A stretch of DNA of 64,000 nucleotides from positions 384,001 through 448,000 of the forward strand of contig CAVTBR010000002.1 of the NCBI GenBank assembly GCA_963733055.1. Reading direction: 5' to 3'. Source of the DNA: Candidatus Bathyarchaeota archaeon. GTDB lineage: Archaea > Thermoproteota > Bathyarchaeia > 40CM-2-53-6. The translations under genes were made by a program, and so were the position numbers. Numbering within the stretch: the first letter of the stretch is position 1; each line of letters starts with the position of its first letter. Positions 20,239-29,536 of this stretch are shown in pieces. Below the pieces are notes generated by a model. That model had not been told where the DNA came from, did not search any database, and saw nothing but the letters and a program-made list of their open reading frames with translations.

Positions 20239-20708
20239 ACCGACCAGCAGACCGCCTCCGAGAGTGTACACGAATAAGGCCGCGCTCTGCAATGGATTGA
20301 ATGAAAGCGAAATTGCGATAGGGTACAGGACGACCGCGGTTGCGTCGTTGAAATATCCCTTCAGAATCGTGGTCAGTCGCTCTGGTGCTTTGGTTCGCTT
20401 CAGCACGTTAACTATAGAGACGGGGTTGGTTGGCGCGACGATAACCCCGAACGTCAAAGCTACCGCCCCATACAATGCCGAGGCAATATTGAGTAGTAGA
20501 CCCCTTAGCAGGGCAGAGATCATAACCCCGAAAATCGCAAGAGACGGTACGGTCTTCCTTACCGTTCTAAGCATCTCGTAGGTGGTACGCATTGCAACCT
20601 CAAAGATGAGCGGCGGTACGATTAGACCGAGGATCATGCTTCTGTCAAGCGGTAGGAGGCTCAACCCGCCGGCCAATTTCAGAAATGATAGAGCTAAGCC
20701 GAGGACAT
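20224..20708 (-). pseudogene. Inverted fragment of a CPA1 antiporter paralog
   Basis: ILGLIVPPLIFEVAMRT...APTNPV...PERLTTIL...SLSFNPLQS aligns with the N-terminal half of 18849-20054. Confidence 0.85.
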
Positions 20709-20837
20709 CATTACCGTGGTGTAAGAGATTCTCAGCTTCTCACTCAAGATCGCTCCGACGAAAGATATGGAGAAAGATCAGCCAAGATTGTCACAGCATA
20801 GGCTTCGACCGCGGCCTCAATATAGGACCATCATGGG

Positions 20838-21971
20838 CTACTTTGGTGGATCATCTACACGAGGCTTCGGTTCGCGGCCGTCTGATTGGGGTCGGTTCAC
20901 GCCCTCTTTGACTGTTGATGTAGAGTCACGAATAGCTACATGTTGTGGGGATAGAATTTCGACCCCTGCTTCCCTAAAGGTATCCAGAATTTCTTGCATA
21001 AGTTTCGAATAAGTCGTTATGAGTTCGTTGGGTTTGTCAGTATACGCATTGATTTCGTAGGCTACGAAGTTATTATCTAGGTTTCTGATTAACACAAACG
21101 GTTCTGGTACCGCCAGTAGGTCCGGTGCTGAATGAGCTGCTTTAATGAGCAGTTTCTCCACCATTGCACGGGGTACGTCATATCCGATTGTGACTTCATA
21201 GTGGACTATTACCTGAGGCATGGCAGAATAGTTCACAATCTTGGTGGATAGAACCTGGGAGTTCGGTACGTGCACTAGTTCGTTCTTGATGGTTCGGATG
21301 CGCGTGAACATTACGTCTACTTCTACGATGTCGCCATAAACTCCTCCCGCCTCAACGCGGTCGCCTTCCTTGTAGGGGCGCCAAGACATGACCACGATGC
21401 CTGCTAGAGCGTTTCCTATCGAGCCACTAGCGGAGAACGATACGGCCAGGCCTATGAAAACAGTGAACAGCGTTACGAGAGTGCTAGCAAGAGTCTGTAG
21501 CCCAGCCATGACTAATACGTTCGTCAGAAGCAGCACCGCAACTATGGCGTACACCAAATAGCGCACGACATTCTCGAAGAGGTCCATAGTAAGCGGATGC
21601 AACTTTGAATGACGACGGTATTCGACAAACGCTATTCCGAATATCCTGATCGCCACATAGCCTCCTACGATGATGACGGACATCACAGCGAGCCTCCCGG
21701 CGTTTTGAGTCAAGAACGACGAAATCGCATCAACGATGGCACCCTGGAGGCCGAAGGTGACAGACACCTCGGCAATTACGACGATCGCCGCGACGAGCCA
21801 AACAAGGGCACGGAGGAGTGTACTAACGAACTCCGCTAGGGTCGATGAAACGTTACGTAGGGTAGCTAGCCTTCGAGTCATTCTAACAATGACGCACACC
21901 GCGAGTTTCGCAAGTACTAGCGTCACTCCCGCGTAGAACATCAACAGTAAATATGCTTCAAGTGCGATCAC
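20838..21971 (-). CDS. mscS: Small-conductance mechanosensitive channel
   Basis: GNALAGI, RPYKEGDRV, VPNSQV...IVNYS and IGYDVP motifs. Confidence 0.9.
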   Translation of the reverse strand: MIALEAYLLLMFYAGVTLVLAKLAVCVIVRMTRRLATLRNVSSTLAEFVSTLLRALVWLVAAIVVIAEVSVTFGLQGAIVDAISSFLTQNAGRLAVMSVIIVGGYVAIRIFGIAFVEYRRHSKLHPLTMDLFENVVRYLVYAIVAVLLLTNVLVMAGLQTLASTLVTLFTVFIGLAVSFSASGSIGNALAGIVVMSWRPYKEGDRVEAGGVYGDIVEVDVMFTRIRTIKNELVHVPNSQVLSTKIVNYSAMPQVIVHYEVTIGYDVPRAMVEKLLIKAAHSAPDLLAVPEPFVLIRNLDNNFVAYEINAYTDKPNELITTYSKLMQEILDTFREAGVEILSPQHVAIRDSTSTVKEGVNRPQSDGREPKPRVDDPPK

Positions 21972-22131
21972 GCCTGCACACCGACAATTATTGTGTGAGC
22001 ATGTTAGGAACTATCGCGATGATAAAACCCTTAGTCATTCATGGGTCGTGGTCAGATTGGCCTCGTGAAGGAACGTAAGCTTAGATAATCTCCTCACAAC
22101 ATATGGCTGGCTAGAATTGCGGTGAAAACAT

Positions 22132-22311
22132 TTGAAATGTCCTACCTGTCCTGGCGCCCTCAACAATCATTGCTGCAGATGCGGTCGCATTATCTCGCCA
22201 GAACGCCAGTTCCTGAGAGTGGGGCCGTTCAGAAGCAAGTTCAGAGACGACACCAGCGAGCATTTGTATTGTGATCCTTGCTACGAGGAAAGAAGCAGAG
22301 AAGCCCAATAA
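22132..22311 (+). CDS. Cys-rich zinc-finger microprotein (59 aa)
   Basis: Read manually: (TTG)KCPTCPGALNNHCCRCGRIISPERQFLRVGPFRSKFRDDTSEHLYCDPCYEERSREAQ*. GGTGA Shine-Dalgarno-like motif just upstream. Confidence 0.6.
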   Translation: MKCPTCPGALNNHCCRCGRIISPERQFLRVGPFRSKFRDDTSEHLYCDPCYEERSREAQ

Positions 22312-22795
22312 GCTTGGACGGGTGCCTCGTTCGCGCGGCCTGAACGCCACGCAGAAGATCCAACCGAGAATCACAGACTAGATCAGACTTTTCATCTATG
22401 TAAGAGCTTCAGGTTTTCTTCTCGGGTCTGCTTGCCTTGTTGCCGTTCGATGTTCTCCAACCTGCCTTACTGTGCTGTGTGAGCCATCCGTTTAAGTTTT
22501 GATTCGTAGAGTCGCTCCTTCCTCTCGTTGTAGAGCCTATTCTCCTGCAGCATGTTCAGTGCGCCCCACCGCATTTAGTGGTTCAGTATAATGATCTGCT
22601 GCACTTGACACACCATTGCGCTGCTATAGGATTTGCAGTGCCGCAACTTGCGCAAGCCTTCATAGTTTGTGTTTGTACAGTTGGATTGAGACCGCAATAC
22701 GGGCAGTTACTCTGTTCTGAGAATTTCCCGCACCTGTTACAGAATGGCATTTGTTGAAAGCCTCACTATCATTCCTCGAGTATAATGGGGATGAA

Positions 22796-23197
22796 TTAGG
22801 TCTGTGATTTTTGGCAGGAGGGACAGAACATGGCACCTGTTTGCATCGGGCTTCCGCAGAACTTGCATTTTGGAACTGCTGACGTTTCATTTGTGGTGGT
22901 CGGTGCTGCTCGCTCAGGAACCTTTTGGATTATTATCGTTGGCGGTGGAGGTGGGGGAATTGGAGCGGGTTCATTTGGCGATATGCACAAGATGAAACCA
23001 GTCACAGCAATCATCCCGCCCAGAAGCTCAAAGATGCTGGCTCGAAGTGGAATTACCCAACCTAGCGGAATCAACCATCTAGACAGATCATCGAGGAATA
23101 AGCTCGATATGTTAGTGATACTGAATCCTAGGTAGAACAAGATGAATCCAGCATAAAGTAACACACTTCCCGTGATGAATTTTCTCAGCGTTGCCAT
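22796..23197 (-). CDS. Membrane protein with C-terminal zinc ribbon
   Basis: Two TM helices, Pro-rich linker, CKFCG...FCPSCQ. Confidence 0.8.
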   Translation of the reverse strand: MATLRKFITGSVLLYAGFILFYLGFSITNISSLFLDDLSRWLIPLGWVIPLRASIFELLGGMIAVTGFILCISPNEPAPIPPPPPPTIIIQKVPERAAPTTTNETSAVPKCKFCGSPMQTGAMFCPSCQKSQT

Positions 23198-23405
23198 TCG
23201 CTAAGCACGTTGGGTACTCGGTCCTTGCGGTCGGATAAAAGGGGGCCTTCCTGTTACCGCGGCGAGTATCAGCAGTGGAAGTTCGCCGTACCGCTTTGTG
23301 TGTGTGACTTTATGAAAGATGTTTGTTGCTGATGTTGTACAACCGCAGCAAAGGGTTATCGAGTCAGAAAGCCCTGGGTTTAGTATCAAGCAAGGTCTGA
23401 ACCTC

Positions 23406-23509
23406 AACCACCACGGTAACGTTTGGGGTGCCGTGATTGGGGATTACTATTGAATCGAAGTAAATCCCTCTCGGTGCAACAATCCCGCTTTGATCCTATC
23501 GTGGTGGTT
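23406..23509 (+). ncRNA. Candidate structured RNA (nested hairpin)
   Basis: 13-bp helix 23406-23418/23497-23509 and inner helices GTGCCG/CGGTGC and GGGATT/AATCCC. G-U pairs work only on the + strand. TATA-like TTTAGTA lies about 25 nt upstream. Confidence 0.4.
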
Positions 23510-23580
23510 CATTGTTCACACCGCTCATGCCTGTTGGTCACTTTTGAGGTGCTTAGGTGTGCTCTCGAACCCTCAAAATT

Positions 23581-23608
23581 GAGAGTTCGAATCTCTCCGG
23601 GCCCACCA
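23581..23608 (+). tRNA. tRNA 3' fragment (T-arm + acceptor 3' strand + CCA); identity unresolved
   Basis: GAGAG-TTCGAAT-CTCTC-CGGGCCC-A-CCA. No matching GGGCCCG 5' half or D-arm found upstream. Confidence 0.65.
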
Positions 23609-23992
23609 CCTTTGGCAACTAAGACTGCGATTGACAATCTTTGCGACCTAATGGAACCCGCATGGACCCCACGATATTGGTTGATTCGTATCCTATTGAC
23701 CCACGGCTGATGCGTTCTATGTTTGCCGAAACGCAGGAAACAGAAACGGCTCAAAATGTGGCACCTGAGAAGTCGCCCCACCGCATTAATACGGTGGGTT
23801 CCTTCCGCCCCACCACACTTTTCATGTAAATCCATAACTTCAGTCTCCGCACCTTGTAAACCACCTCGGTGACATCGGGGACGCCCTCCGAATTCATCGG
23901 GTTATAGAAGCAACTCCAACGAAGCATCCCCAATGGAAGGCCGGAGTAGATGCTACCACCGCCACTTGGCTGCACGAGTTTTGATTCGTCAA

Positions 23993-24331
23993 TTACGGGT
24001 GAACTTGGCTGACGTGTGCCTTTGAATCGACGCCCAGCAACACTATGTTGTGTCTGCTGAACACTTTCGGGTTCAGCTTCTTCGCGTGTCTTAGTGATAC
24101 TACTAGGGCCGCTGAGCTGTATCCGTGAGCTAGTGCCGCAGAGAGTTGCCCTAATCCACGAATCACATCGTCGTGTCCGCTCTTGATCTCTAGAGCCATC
24201 CGCCAATGCTGTCCAGTAACCTCGCCGTCTATTGCAGCGTTCCCAACCTTCACGGGGCTCATGCTAACTTTGAAGCCGCGTTGTCTGAAGTGGCGGGCGA
24301 TTGCCCACCTGAGCCAGCGCTCGTTAGTCAA
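23993..24331 (-). CDS. Small PD-(D/E)XK-family nuclease
   Basis: E...HFRQRGF...IDG...ALEIK...GLGQL pattern; immediately downstream of the integrase. Confidence 0.7.
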   Translation of the reverse strand: MTNERWLRWAIARHFRQRGFKVSMSPVKVGNAAIDGEVTGQHWRMALEIKSGHDDVIRGLGQLSAALAHGYSSAALVVSLRHAKKLNPKVFSRHNIVLLGVDSKAHVSQVHP

Positions 24332-24334
24332 CGT

Positions 24335-25309
24335 CTACTTTCGCTTCCTGAACAACTTAGTACCGTCTATCTGGGTGACGTAATCGAATCCGGCTTCCAC
24401 TAGTTCGGTGGCTTCTCGAACGGTTTGTGCGGCTTTGCAGACGAATTCGTCTCCTTCGAAGCTCACTAAGTGCGTGTAGACGAGAGTGTTCGTGATGGAC
24501 TTGTGACCGAGCATCTGCATTACGAATAGAATATCCTTGGTCTTGTGATACTCCATCGTTGCTTTCCAGTGTCGGAGGGTTTTGAATGAGATCTGTTTGA
24601 TTCGTGGGTTCTGTAGCGTTTCGGCAACTAGGTTTCGCTGCCGTATGAATGTCCTTCGGAAGTCATCCAAGCTGTTGACCGGTTCGAGTCGGGGGTCGTG
24701 GAACACTAGGTCCCATTTGTGGGGAAGTGCGTTGAGCATGGCTTGGAGACGAGTGGAGACTTTGCGTTCTCTGGCGCAACTGCCCTTCTCGGGGGCTGAG
24801 ATTCTTACGCAATTGCGTTCGTGGTCGATATCGATCCAGCGAGTTGCCCACGCTTCCCCTGGTCGTGCAGCGGTCTCCTTGATTAACTGCGTGAAGGCGG
24901 CTCTTTTCCTGTCTAGGGCTGAGATTAGTTGGTCGATCTCTGTCTCGGTTGGAATCCAGGGCAGGGTCTCCACTCTGTGCCAGCGTGGGGCGTTGAAGGG
25001 TATGCACTTCCATTTGTAGAATCGCGTTAGGTGTTCGTACACGGTTTGTTTTCTGTTCTGGGAGAATGTGCCCGATTCCATGTACATTTTCACGGTTTCT
25101 GGGCTGGAGAGGCTTGTTCTCCTGGCTATTGCTTTCAGTGAGCCTACGGCGCCTCGGATGGTTGAGGGTCTGTATCCGGATTTCTGCATCCACAGGCCGA
25201 AACTTAGGATTTCAGAGATGGACGGTGAGTTGTTTAGGGAGTTTTGTTTGTCGTGAGTCCTTAGTTCGCTGGGTGGATTTGTCTGGGGTTCGAATCCCAC
25301 TCCCCGCAC
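24335..25309 (-). CDS. Tyrosine recombinase/integrase
   Basis: Catalytic R (TAARPGE), K (PEKGS), KxLRH, LGH...TLVY. The N-terminus VRGVGFEP is the antisense of a tRNA 3' end. Confidence 0.92.
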   Translation of the reverse strand: MRGVGFEPQTNPPSELRTHDKQNSLNNSPSISEILSFGLWMQKSGYRPSTIRGAVGSLKAIARRTSLSSPETVKMYMESGTFSQNRKQTVYEHLTRFYKWKCIPFNAPRWHRVETLPWIPTETEIDQLISALDRKRAAFTQLIKETAARPGEAWATRWIDIDHERNCVRISAPEKGSCARERKVSTRLQAMLNALPHKWDLVFHDPRLEPVNSLDDFRRTFIRQRNLVAETLQNPRIKQISFKTLRHWKATMEYHKTKDILFVMQMLGHKSITNTLVYTHLVSFEGDEFVCKAAQTVREATELVEAGFDYVTQIDGTKLFRKRK

Positions 25310-25311
25310 CA
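25286..25311 (+). repeat. tRNA-Leu-type 3' fragment, putative att site
   Basis: GGGTTCGAATCCCACTCCCCGCACCA matches archaeal tRNA-Leu 3' ends; the rest of the tRNA is absent; overlaps the integrase start. Confidence 0.75.
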
Positions 25312-25330
25312 GTAAACGACACTCCTACGC

Positions 25331-26110
25331 TTGCCAACGGTGCGCTCACACGAAACCACCGAAAGCCACAACTTGCGGTCGACGAGACTATGTTCGGATG
25401 TCCTAACAGTGCCTCGGATTCCGTTAATTGAGGATTTGAGTGCAGGTCCGGTTCCCGCTGGATCTGTTCTCTTGGTGGAATTCGATGCAGCATCGCAATG
25501 GTACAATGCATTGACGACCATGGCCGCGGGGTGGTTGAGAACTGGTGGAAAGATCCAGTACTACGCATTCGCACAATCATCAGAAAGGATCCGAAACCAA
25601 CTTGCTCGACTTGGGATAGATACAGAGGAACTTGAGAAGAATGGTGCTCTCGAAATCTGGGACTGGTACACCACTACGTTAGGACAGGTGTCGAAAGAAA
25701 GGCGCAGAGCCGATTCGCTGAAAGTAGCAGACTTGAGTATTCATGTCTCTCAAGAACGCATGAGAGGACCACCTGCTCCCGACACATTAGCGATTGGAGA
25801 AGACATTTCAAGCCTAGACAGATTCAATGATGAGAAAAACTGGGTCGAATACGAACTAGCAAGATCTATCCCCGCTTTCAGAGTCAGGAGTGTGACCTGC
25901 TTGCGCGGCGTCATCAGAGACGTCCACAGCAATTTAGTCTACAAGAGACTCGAAAACGTGAGTGATGGAATAATCGATTTCAGAATTGAGACGGAGAGTG
26001 AAGAGGTCGTCAATAAGATTAGAATTAGAACGATGCGTAATGTGGGCTTCGATTCGCGATGGCATCAGCTTAAAGTCGGCGAGAACTTCGAAGTCACTTT
26101 GAAAGAATGA
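25331..26110 (+). CDS. RAD55/KaiC-like RecA-fold protein, degenerate Walker A
   Basis: IPLIEDL..GPVPAGSVLLVEFD; ENVSDGIIDFR...IRIRTMR. No GKT. True start probably downstream of the ORF-track start. Confidence 0.75.
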   Translation: MPTVRSHETTESHNLRSTRLCSDVLTVPRIPLIEDLSAGPVPAGSVLLVEFDAASQWYNALTTMAAGWLRTGGKIQYYAFAQSSERIRNQLARLGIDTEELEKNGALEIWDWYTTTLGQVSKERRRADSLKVADLSIHVSQERMRGPPAPDTLAIGEDISSLDRFNDEKNWVEYELARSIPAFRVRSVTCLRGVIRDVHSNLVYKRLENVSDGIIDFRIETESEEVVNKIRIRTMRNVGFDSRWHQLKVGENFEVTLKE

Positions 26111-26119
26111 CCTCGACTT

Positions 26120-27496
26120 TCACTTTGCAGGCAGGATGTTCTGGTTTACCCTGAACAGGTTCGTGGGATCATATTTCCTCTTAATCTCTGATAGGCGCTT
26201 GTAGTTGGCACCATAGGTTGCCTCTACCCGACTTTGTCCTTCTTCCATCATGAAATTGACATACGCTCCACCTGCAGAATAGGGATGTAACGTTTCCCAG
26301 TACGCCTTCGCCCATTTTGTTATACCCTCCTTGTTCGCTGGGTCCGGATCGACCCCGGCTATTACCATAGACCAGGTAGAGTTACGATAACTGAAAGGTG
26401 TGTCACCCTTTCCGACTCGATGCACTGCGCCATCTATTGGGTAAAGGTGCATGAGTGAATCTTGCGAAGGAAGTTCAGAGCCGTATTTCAAATGCAGTTT
26501 AATCGCTGCGTCATTCAACTCGTTAACGAAATCTCCTTTCCAGTACCACTGAAGGCCCGGTTTGTATAGTGCGTCGAACAAGCCTTGCAAGGTTGGATAG
26601 GGCATGGGCCCAACGAAATCAACTACTGGTGGACCTATCTTACGAATGGGACGGAATACTTGTTCGGCCCTGTCCATCGGTCCGCAATAGCACCAAACTA
26701 TCCCACACATAGTCTTGCGGTGAAGATGCTCTGGGAAGGGCGGGCCTGGCGGAACATTCAGGAAAGCAAAGAATCCGCACAATTCCTCTGGAGCCTTCCT
26801 ACTAAACTCACGATACCACTGCATCACCTCAACAGCCTTATCGAGAGGCCACAGCATCGGGCCGGCGTAGACAGTGCTAACAGGATGCGCCTTGAACGTG
26901 AAAGATGTTACGACGCCGAAGTTTCCTCCGCCGCCTCGAATTGCCCAATACAGGTCCCGGTTTTCATCCGCGTTAACGGTAACGAAGCTACCATCGGCCA
27001 AGACGAGGTCCGCTTCGAGTAAATTGTCGATAGTCAATCCAAACTTTCTAGTCAGGTAACCGTGTCCCCCTCCCAAAGTGAGGCCAGCGACGCCTGTGGT
27101 AGATATGATTCCGCACGGTACGGCAAGACCAAAAACATGAGTGGCGTGATCTACTTCTCCCCAAGTACAGCCACTCTCCACTTCGACCGTACTTTTCTTA
27201 GGGCTTACGCGGATGCCTCGCCTGCGGGAAAGATCTATGACTAGCCCGCCATCGCATACTCCCAATCCTGCTCCGTTGTGACCGCCCCCACGAACAGCGA
27301 GAAGCAGATTGTTCTCCTTGGCGAACTTGACGGAGCTGACTATGTCCGTCACATCCGAACAGCGTACGATAAATTTGGGCTTGCGGTCAATCATCCCATT
27401 GTAAACCTTGCGGGCCGCATCGTAACCCCCGTCCTCTGGTTGAATCAATTCGCCGCGCAGACCAGCTCTAAAGGTGCCTACTGCAGTAGATTCCAT
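26120..27496 (-). CDS. FAD-linked oxidase (berberine bridge enzyme-like)
   Basis: RGGGH (covalent FAD His), GLTLGGGHG, RGGGGNFGVVT and KRKYDPTNLFR. Confidence 0.93.
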   Translation of the reverse strand: MESTAVGTFRAGLRGELIQPEDGGYDAARKVYNGMIDRKPKFIVRCSDVTDIVSSVKFAKENNLLLAVRGGGHNGAGLGVCDGGLVIDLSRRRGIRVSPKKSTVEVESGCTWGEVDHATHVFGLAVPCGIISTTGVAGLTLGGGHGYLTRKFGLTIDNLLEADLVLADGSFVTVNADENRDLYWAIRGGGGNFGVVTSFTFKAHPVSTVYAGPMLWPLDKAVEVMQWYREFSRKAPEELCGFFAFLNVPPGPPFPEHLHRKTMCGIVWCYCGPMDRAEQVFRPIRKIGPPVVDFVGPMPYPTLQGLFDALYKPGLQWYWKGDFVNELNDAAIKLHLKYGSELPSQDSLMHLYPIDGAVHRVGKGDTPFSYRNSTWSMVIAGVDPDPANKEGITKWAKAYWETLHPYSAGGAYVNFMMEEGQSRVEATYGANYKRLSEIKRKYDPTNLFRVNQNILPAK

Positions 27497-27670
27497 TCTC
27501 TATCAAACTCGCTAATCCGACTTGCACACATATTACAATTTATAGTGTTCGAATACCAATTCCAAAGGTCACATCTGTTAATCAGCTTGAGTTAGGATTA
27601 CTTACGCTATGGCCATTACTAGACTCTCCTGCTTGTCGGTTTTAAGTACGAATGTACCCATGGCTACCTC

Positions 27671-29527
27671 ATGATTCCTACCCCGACGACTACACTGACT
27701 ACACAAACCCCCATGAGCATCCGGAATCCACATTCGCGCCCTCTCGATCTGGATACGCTCTACTTTACGCGTTCAATCCTGTCATTTCGCTGGTCCAGTG
27801 ATTGTGATCAAATCTATTTTGACACGAACATTACGGGGCGGTTCAATATCTGGCGCGTTCCTTCCGTTGGAGGTTGGCCGGTGCAGGTTACGGTGTCCGA
27901 TGAGAGAACATTGTTGGAGGATCCCTCGCCCGATGGACGATTCTTGCTTTACAGTCAGGACGAAGGAGGGGATGAGAAACCCAACCTCTTCCTCATCAAC
28001 CTGAAAGAGGGAGTGATCCGCAACGTCACTAACACGAAGAAGATAGGCTACAGAGATATGGAATGGTCCCCCAACGGAACGACGCTTGCGTTTGCGGCTG
28101 AACGTGAAAAACCAGGCGCATACTCAGCATTCCTCATCAATCCGCAAACTCAGGCAGTCAGCAAGATTACAGGCAACGAGACCGGAGAGTGCGGGTCTCT
28201 ACAGTGGAGCCCGGATGGCAAGAAGTTAGCATTTGTGCGGACCAAGGATTACTTGCATACGGGAGTCAGCGTCATCGATTTAGAAACCAAAAAAGAAACT
28301 GTGCTCCTCCCAATCGACGAAAAATTCACTACTCTCACTCTGGGATGGACACGAAACAGTGAGAAGATCTATGTTACCTCCAACGCGAACGAGCAAGGTA
28401 TCGACACAGTTGCACTTCTCAGCGTGAGGAAGAATGAGCTTGAGTGGTTGACCCTAATGGATTGGGAAAGCTTCTTCTGCGACTCCTCCCCGACCGAGGA
28501 CAAGTATGTCTACGTGATTAATGAAGCGGGCAATCACCGCGTCTTTCTCAGAAGTTTGAGCGGAGATCAGATTGAGATTCCAGTGCCCAACGGTGTCCTC
28601 AGGATGGCGCGGTTTTCCCACGACGGCACCCGAATAGGGTTACTCCATGCGTCCGGCGACAGCCCCGCCGAGATCGGGGTGTACGACATCCAAAGCCACA
28701 CGTTGAAACAAATTACAGAATCATTCGTGGGAGGGCTGGAACGAAAGAATTTCACACCTCCCCAACTCGCAGTCTACCCTTCTTACGATGGGACGCCAAT
28801 CGCTTCGTTCCTTTACTTGCCCCCAAACATCGACCCTGACGGTTCGCATCCGGCGATCGTCTATCCCCACGGCGGCCCCACCTGGCAGCACATGAACGAT
28901 TGGTACGCTAATCTACAGTACTTTGTTTCCCACGGTTTCGTAGTGATCGCGCCAAATTACCGCGGATCAACAGGTTTCGGCCGCACCTTCATCGAATCAT
29001 TAAGGAATGATTGTGGCGGCGGCGATCTGCGCGATCTCATTGCTTCCTTAGATTTCTTGAAGAAGACAGGGTTTGTGGATCCAAGAAGAATGGCAATCAT
29101 GGGCGCATCGTGGGGAGGCTACCTCACGCTAATGGCGCTAACGAAGTACCCCGACCTTTGGTCGGCCGGCGTTGCCATAGTACCCCTAGCGAACTGGTTC
29201 ACATCATTCGAAAACGAAGACCCCGTTCTACGCGCCGGCGACTCATGGCTAATGGGTGATCCGGTTGCAAACCGGGAGCTATGGCGGGACCGTTCCCCAT
29301 TCTTCTACGCGGACCATATCAAGGCGCCCCTGCTATTGTTAGCTGGGGCGAACGACATCAGATGCCCAGCTGAAGAAACTGAACAAATGACGGAGGCCGT
29401 ACGAAAGAATGGCGGCGTCGTAGAGGTCAAGATTTATGAGAACGAAGGCCACGGATTCGCACGAAGAGAAAACAACTTAGACGCAATCAAGCGAGCCGCA
29501 AAATTCCTAGAAACCCACACCGCGTAG
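27671..29527 (+). CDS. S9 family peptidase (acylaminoacyl peptidase-like) with beta-propeller
   Basis: HGGP, NYRGSTGFG, GASWGG, D-IRC and EGHGF catalytic elements. Confidence 0.93.
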   Translation: MIPTPTTTLTTQTPMSIRNPHSRPLDLDTLYFTRSILSFRWSSDCDQIYFDTNITGRFNIWRVPSVGGWPVQVTVSDERTLLEDPSPDGRFLLYSQDEGGDEKPNLFLINLKEGVIRNVTNTKKIGYRDMEWSPNGTTLAFAAEREKPGAYSAFLINPQTQAVSKITGNETGECGSLQWSPDGKKLAFVRTKDYLHTGVSVIDLETKKETVLLPIDEKFTTLTLGWTRNSEKIYVTSNANEQGIDTVALLSVRKNELEWLTLMDWESFFCDSSPTEDKYVYVINEAGNHRVFLRSLSGDQIEIPVPNGVLRMARFSHDGTRIGLLHASGDSPAEIGVYDIQSHTLKQITESFVGGLERKNFTPPQLAVYPSYDGTPIASFLYLPPNIDPDGSHPAIVYPHGGPTWQHMNDWYANLQYFVSHGFVVIAPNYRGSTGFGRTFIESLRNDCGGGDLRDLIASLDFLKKTGFVDPRRMAIMGASWGGYLTLMALTKYPDLWSAGVAIVPLANWFTSFENEDPVLRAGDSWLMGDPVANRELWRDRSPFFYADHIKAPLLLLAGANDIRCPAEETEQMTEAVRKNGGVVEVKIYENEGHGFARRENNLDAIKRAAKFLETHTA

Positions 29528-29536
29528 GGCCTAATA

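Larger units (their letters stand above)
23609..25311. mobile_element. Putative minimal or decayed integrative element (integrase + nuclease)
   Basis: Integrase next to a tRNA-derived att. The left boundary is uncertain and could lie much farther left. Confidence 0.55.

Noticed and set aside
23241-23608. tmRNA, RNase P RNA or 5S rRNA
   Set aside because: No G3-U70 pair or GGATTCGA for tmRNA. GGAAGTTCGCC resembles RNase P CR-I, but the ACAGAA..GCTTA CR-V is missing. The 5S loop motifs are absent.
23425-23608. Intact intron-containing tRNA gene
   Set aside because: I could not assemble a 5' acceptor strand, D-arm and valid anticodon loop with bulge-helix-bulge junctions by eye.
25200-25311. 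Complete tRNA-Leu gene
   Set aside because: Only the last 26 nt match; the upstream sequence is integrase coding DNA.
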